NCBI RefSeq assembly: GCF_001194135.2 | Contig: NC_068984.1 | Location: 140,418,915 to 140,482,914, forward strand | DNA from: Octopus bimaculoides | Taxonomy: Eukaryota | Length of the DNA: 64,000 nucleotides | Direction: 5' to 3' | Shown here: positions 61,540 through 64,000 of the stretch, piece after piece | Position numbering within the stretch: position 1 is the first letter of the stretch | How the letters are laid out: each line of letters begins with the position of its first letter | Made by a program: the position numbers and the translations under genes | The notes under the pieces: model-generated | The model's database searches: none | What the model was told of the DNA's origin: nothing | What the model saw: only the letters and a program-made list of their open reading frames with translations

Positions 61540-64000
61540 TATAACCAACTTGTTGGCTTCCTACTTAATAATATCTTATGCAGCCACCCAACACATTACC
61601 CACCGAACTCCCCGAGAGGGAAAATAAACTTATAGGCTTATTATTATAAATTAATAATTAACAAATGCTTCATGCTTTGAGACGAAAAGGCCTTTTCTTT
61701 CTGCAATCCTTGAAGTTAACGGGGATTATAACATGCAGATATCAAAATCTCTATAGCTGACAACACAAATTTTAAAGTATTTGTAACCCCTTTCAATGCA
61801 TTTTGTTAATATCCATGAGATATTTATTTGTCTACCCTAGAACACTTTCAGTTGTCCATCTTCTACAGAGGCACTACCACCACAACCACCACATCGAATT
61901 TAAATTTATTTCTTTTAATCTTTTGTTTAACTTTCACCATCAACATTCTTTTAATTTCAAATAAAGATCTTTTTTTTTTTGTCTTTCTTAATCGGATGCG
62001 TATTGTATTTCGATCTGTTTGGCTCCGTATGAGTTTTTGAGGAGTTTTACAAATACAAAAAGGAGACAACCGAAGAAGAGAGGTGGGGGGAAAAAAACCA
62101 AAAAACGCCAGAGATTGAGTGACGTGTTGGAGGAATAAATAAATAAATGAAATTAATGAAAAAAGCAGAAAAATGTTTAGTTTAGTTCGACAAAAATCTC
62201 TGATAGATAAGTCCCGTGCTGCTATGGCGGGCGTTAGTTATGGCCGCTTCACAACTTCCTTTCCACCTTTTCCAACCAACAATTCACCACACTATCTCAC
62301 TGCAAATAATTCATATATTATCACAGCTCAGCAGGCTGCAAACGAACGAAATACCACACAGCAAACAGCCTTTCTTCTTCCCTCCAAACTCTCTCTCACA
62401 CACACACCTTTCGATGATCACGCACCCCTAATCCCAACAATTCGGTGTAATTATAGGAGGAGGGTAAGAAGAGAAAATGAAAAGAAAAGAGAGGGGTATC
62501 CTCTTGCATTGGATCGATTTAAAAACGCAACAGTGTTGCTACTGCAGGAAGAGGAAGGGAAAGAGAGGGAGAAATTGTAAGAGACATTGAAGTAGGAATA
62601 TATAGAAGGAAAAAAATAACAAAGCAAAAACTATCAGATAAAGTTCCCAAACCAGTGCAATATGAGTTGTAATAATAATAATAATAATAATAGTGGTGGC
62701 GGTGAACGTGATGCCCGTGTGATCACCATATGTCAATGGCGGCGAAGGACTGACTCCACACATTGAAACTGACTACATACATACAAACAACAATGGCTGC
62801 AGAGAAAAAAAACACACACACCCCAAATATCACCTATTTTGAGTGTTTGAAAACTGGGATGAAGAGTTAAGAGGTGAAAGAACAACACGTAAGGTCAAAA
62901 ACGATGACGAATGATGATGACATATCAACGAAAGGCTGCCATTTTCGTTTAGATAGCGCAATAAAGAAAAGCTAACTTAAACTCTTGAACACTAATTTAA
63001 GTGTGTGGCTTAAGTAACAGATAAGGAAGAAAGAAAAACAACAAAACAAAACAACCATTAGAGAGAAGACGAGTAAAACATATGCGATTCTTGATACTAC
63101 CCTTTTTTAAATAAATCCAATTTAGATTGAATGGTAGACTGGATGAATATGAAGTAAAGGCCGTCCAACAAGAACGAGTAATTAATATTCAAAATGCTCA
63201 CTTGGTAAACAGCTACCTCTCCCGACATCCTGCTTTTCAAGCCAGTTGGAACAGCACTGCTTACACAGTCGTCCAGATCATCCACGAAAATGAAGTAAAA
63301 AAGTTCTGACTGTCGTAAAAATGCAATCGAGAGGCTGTCGGCAATTAACAGCAACAACCACCACAACAGTGTGCGGGGAAATGAAATTCTGATGTGTGAC
63401 TGGATAGAAACAGAGCGACAACGACCTGCCTTAAAAGAATACTGGGCTACTTCTATATATACATATTATATACACACACATTATATATACATATATATAT
63501 ATATTTGATTATTATTATATATATATATATATATTTGTATTATATATTAAAGTATCGTTTCTCCCTAGCAACAGACCATCGCCCGTCTACGTTACTTTAT
63601 CGATCATCACTACCGCCGCCCCACCACACGTGTCATTTGCCCGATCTCCCAAGAAATATATATCAAATGTTTTTAGGGGTCACAGCTAGGAAGAGGTCAG
63701 TAGTTATGAAATATGGCACCGCAAATAACGACACAATAGTACAAAAAAAAAGCTGGGTTCGGACAGCTGAAAAAACAATAGATTTATGAAGAAATAAAAT
63801 TACGATTTATATACACTCGTACATACATACATAGAGGTAATGTGGGTTTTTTTAATAATAATTTAAGTCGCTCTATCTCTGTCTCTCAAACACGTGTGTA
63901 CGAAAAGTCGCTGAAGGGATTAGATTCGGTTTGAATATAATAAATTTCATATTTAAGATATATATATATATATATATATATATATTACACCCCGGATTTG
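58000..64000. promoter_or_regulatory. CpG-retaining, TE-poor promoter and first-intron domain of YTHDF
   Basis: By eye, CG dinucleotides are much more frequent than in the rest of the window and SINEs are nearly absent. Contains candidate exon 1. Boundaries approximate. Confidence 0.55.
63202..63228 (-). CDS. YTHDF: YTHDF candidate coding exon 1 (MSGEVAVYQ)
   Basis: AGG-ATG start at 63228, then 9 codons and a phase-0 GTGAGC donor at 63201. This matches the phase-0 acceptor of exon 2 and the 27-nt first coding exon I recall for vertebrate YTHDF genes. It lies in the CpG-rich end of the window. Peptide similarity to MSATSVDQ/MSASSLLEQ is weak, so an alternative first exon is possible. Confidence 0.6.

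Noticed and set aside
62173-62580. 135-aa plus-strand ORF as an antisense gene
   Set aside because: No domain features or splice support; composition reflects simple repeats.

Overview
AT-rich, microsatellite- and SINE-dense animal genomic DNA with seven N-gaps. The repeat families are ones I recall from octopus genomes, so an Octopus origin is inferred, not verified. The window is almost entirely one minus-strand gene, the m6A reader YTHDF. I reconstruct five coding exons with phase-compatible GT-AG junctions (63202-63228, 46956-46980, 45709-45776, 35721-37058, 696-752). They total 1515 nt, a 504-aa protein with an intact YTH aromatic cage. Exons 2-4 are well supported; exons 1 and 5 are best candidates. 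The introns (about 16.2, 1.2, 8.7 and 35.0 kb) hold tRNA-derived SINEs with interchangeable tails, a V-domain SINE, RTE LINE fragments, and hAT, Tc1/mariner, piggyBac-like, Merlin-like and Helentron-like non-autonomous elements. The most striking object is at 32236-32728. It is a TSD-flanked insertion in which a tRNA-like Pol III head sits between two near-perfect ~195-bp inverted arms, each carrying a minimal Penelope-type hammerhead ribozyme motif. Further leads are a bipartite RTE element with a partial HDV-like fold, several candidate poison or alternative terminal exons, and a CpG-rich, TE-poor 5' domain. None of these was checked computationally.
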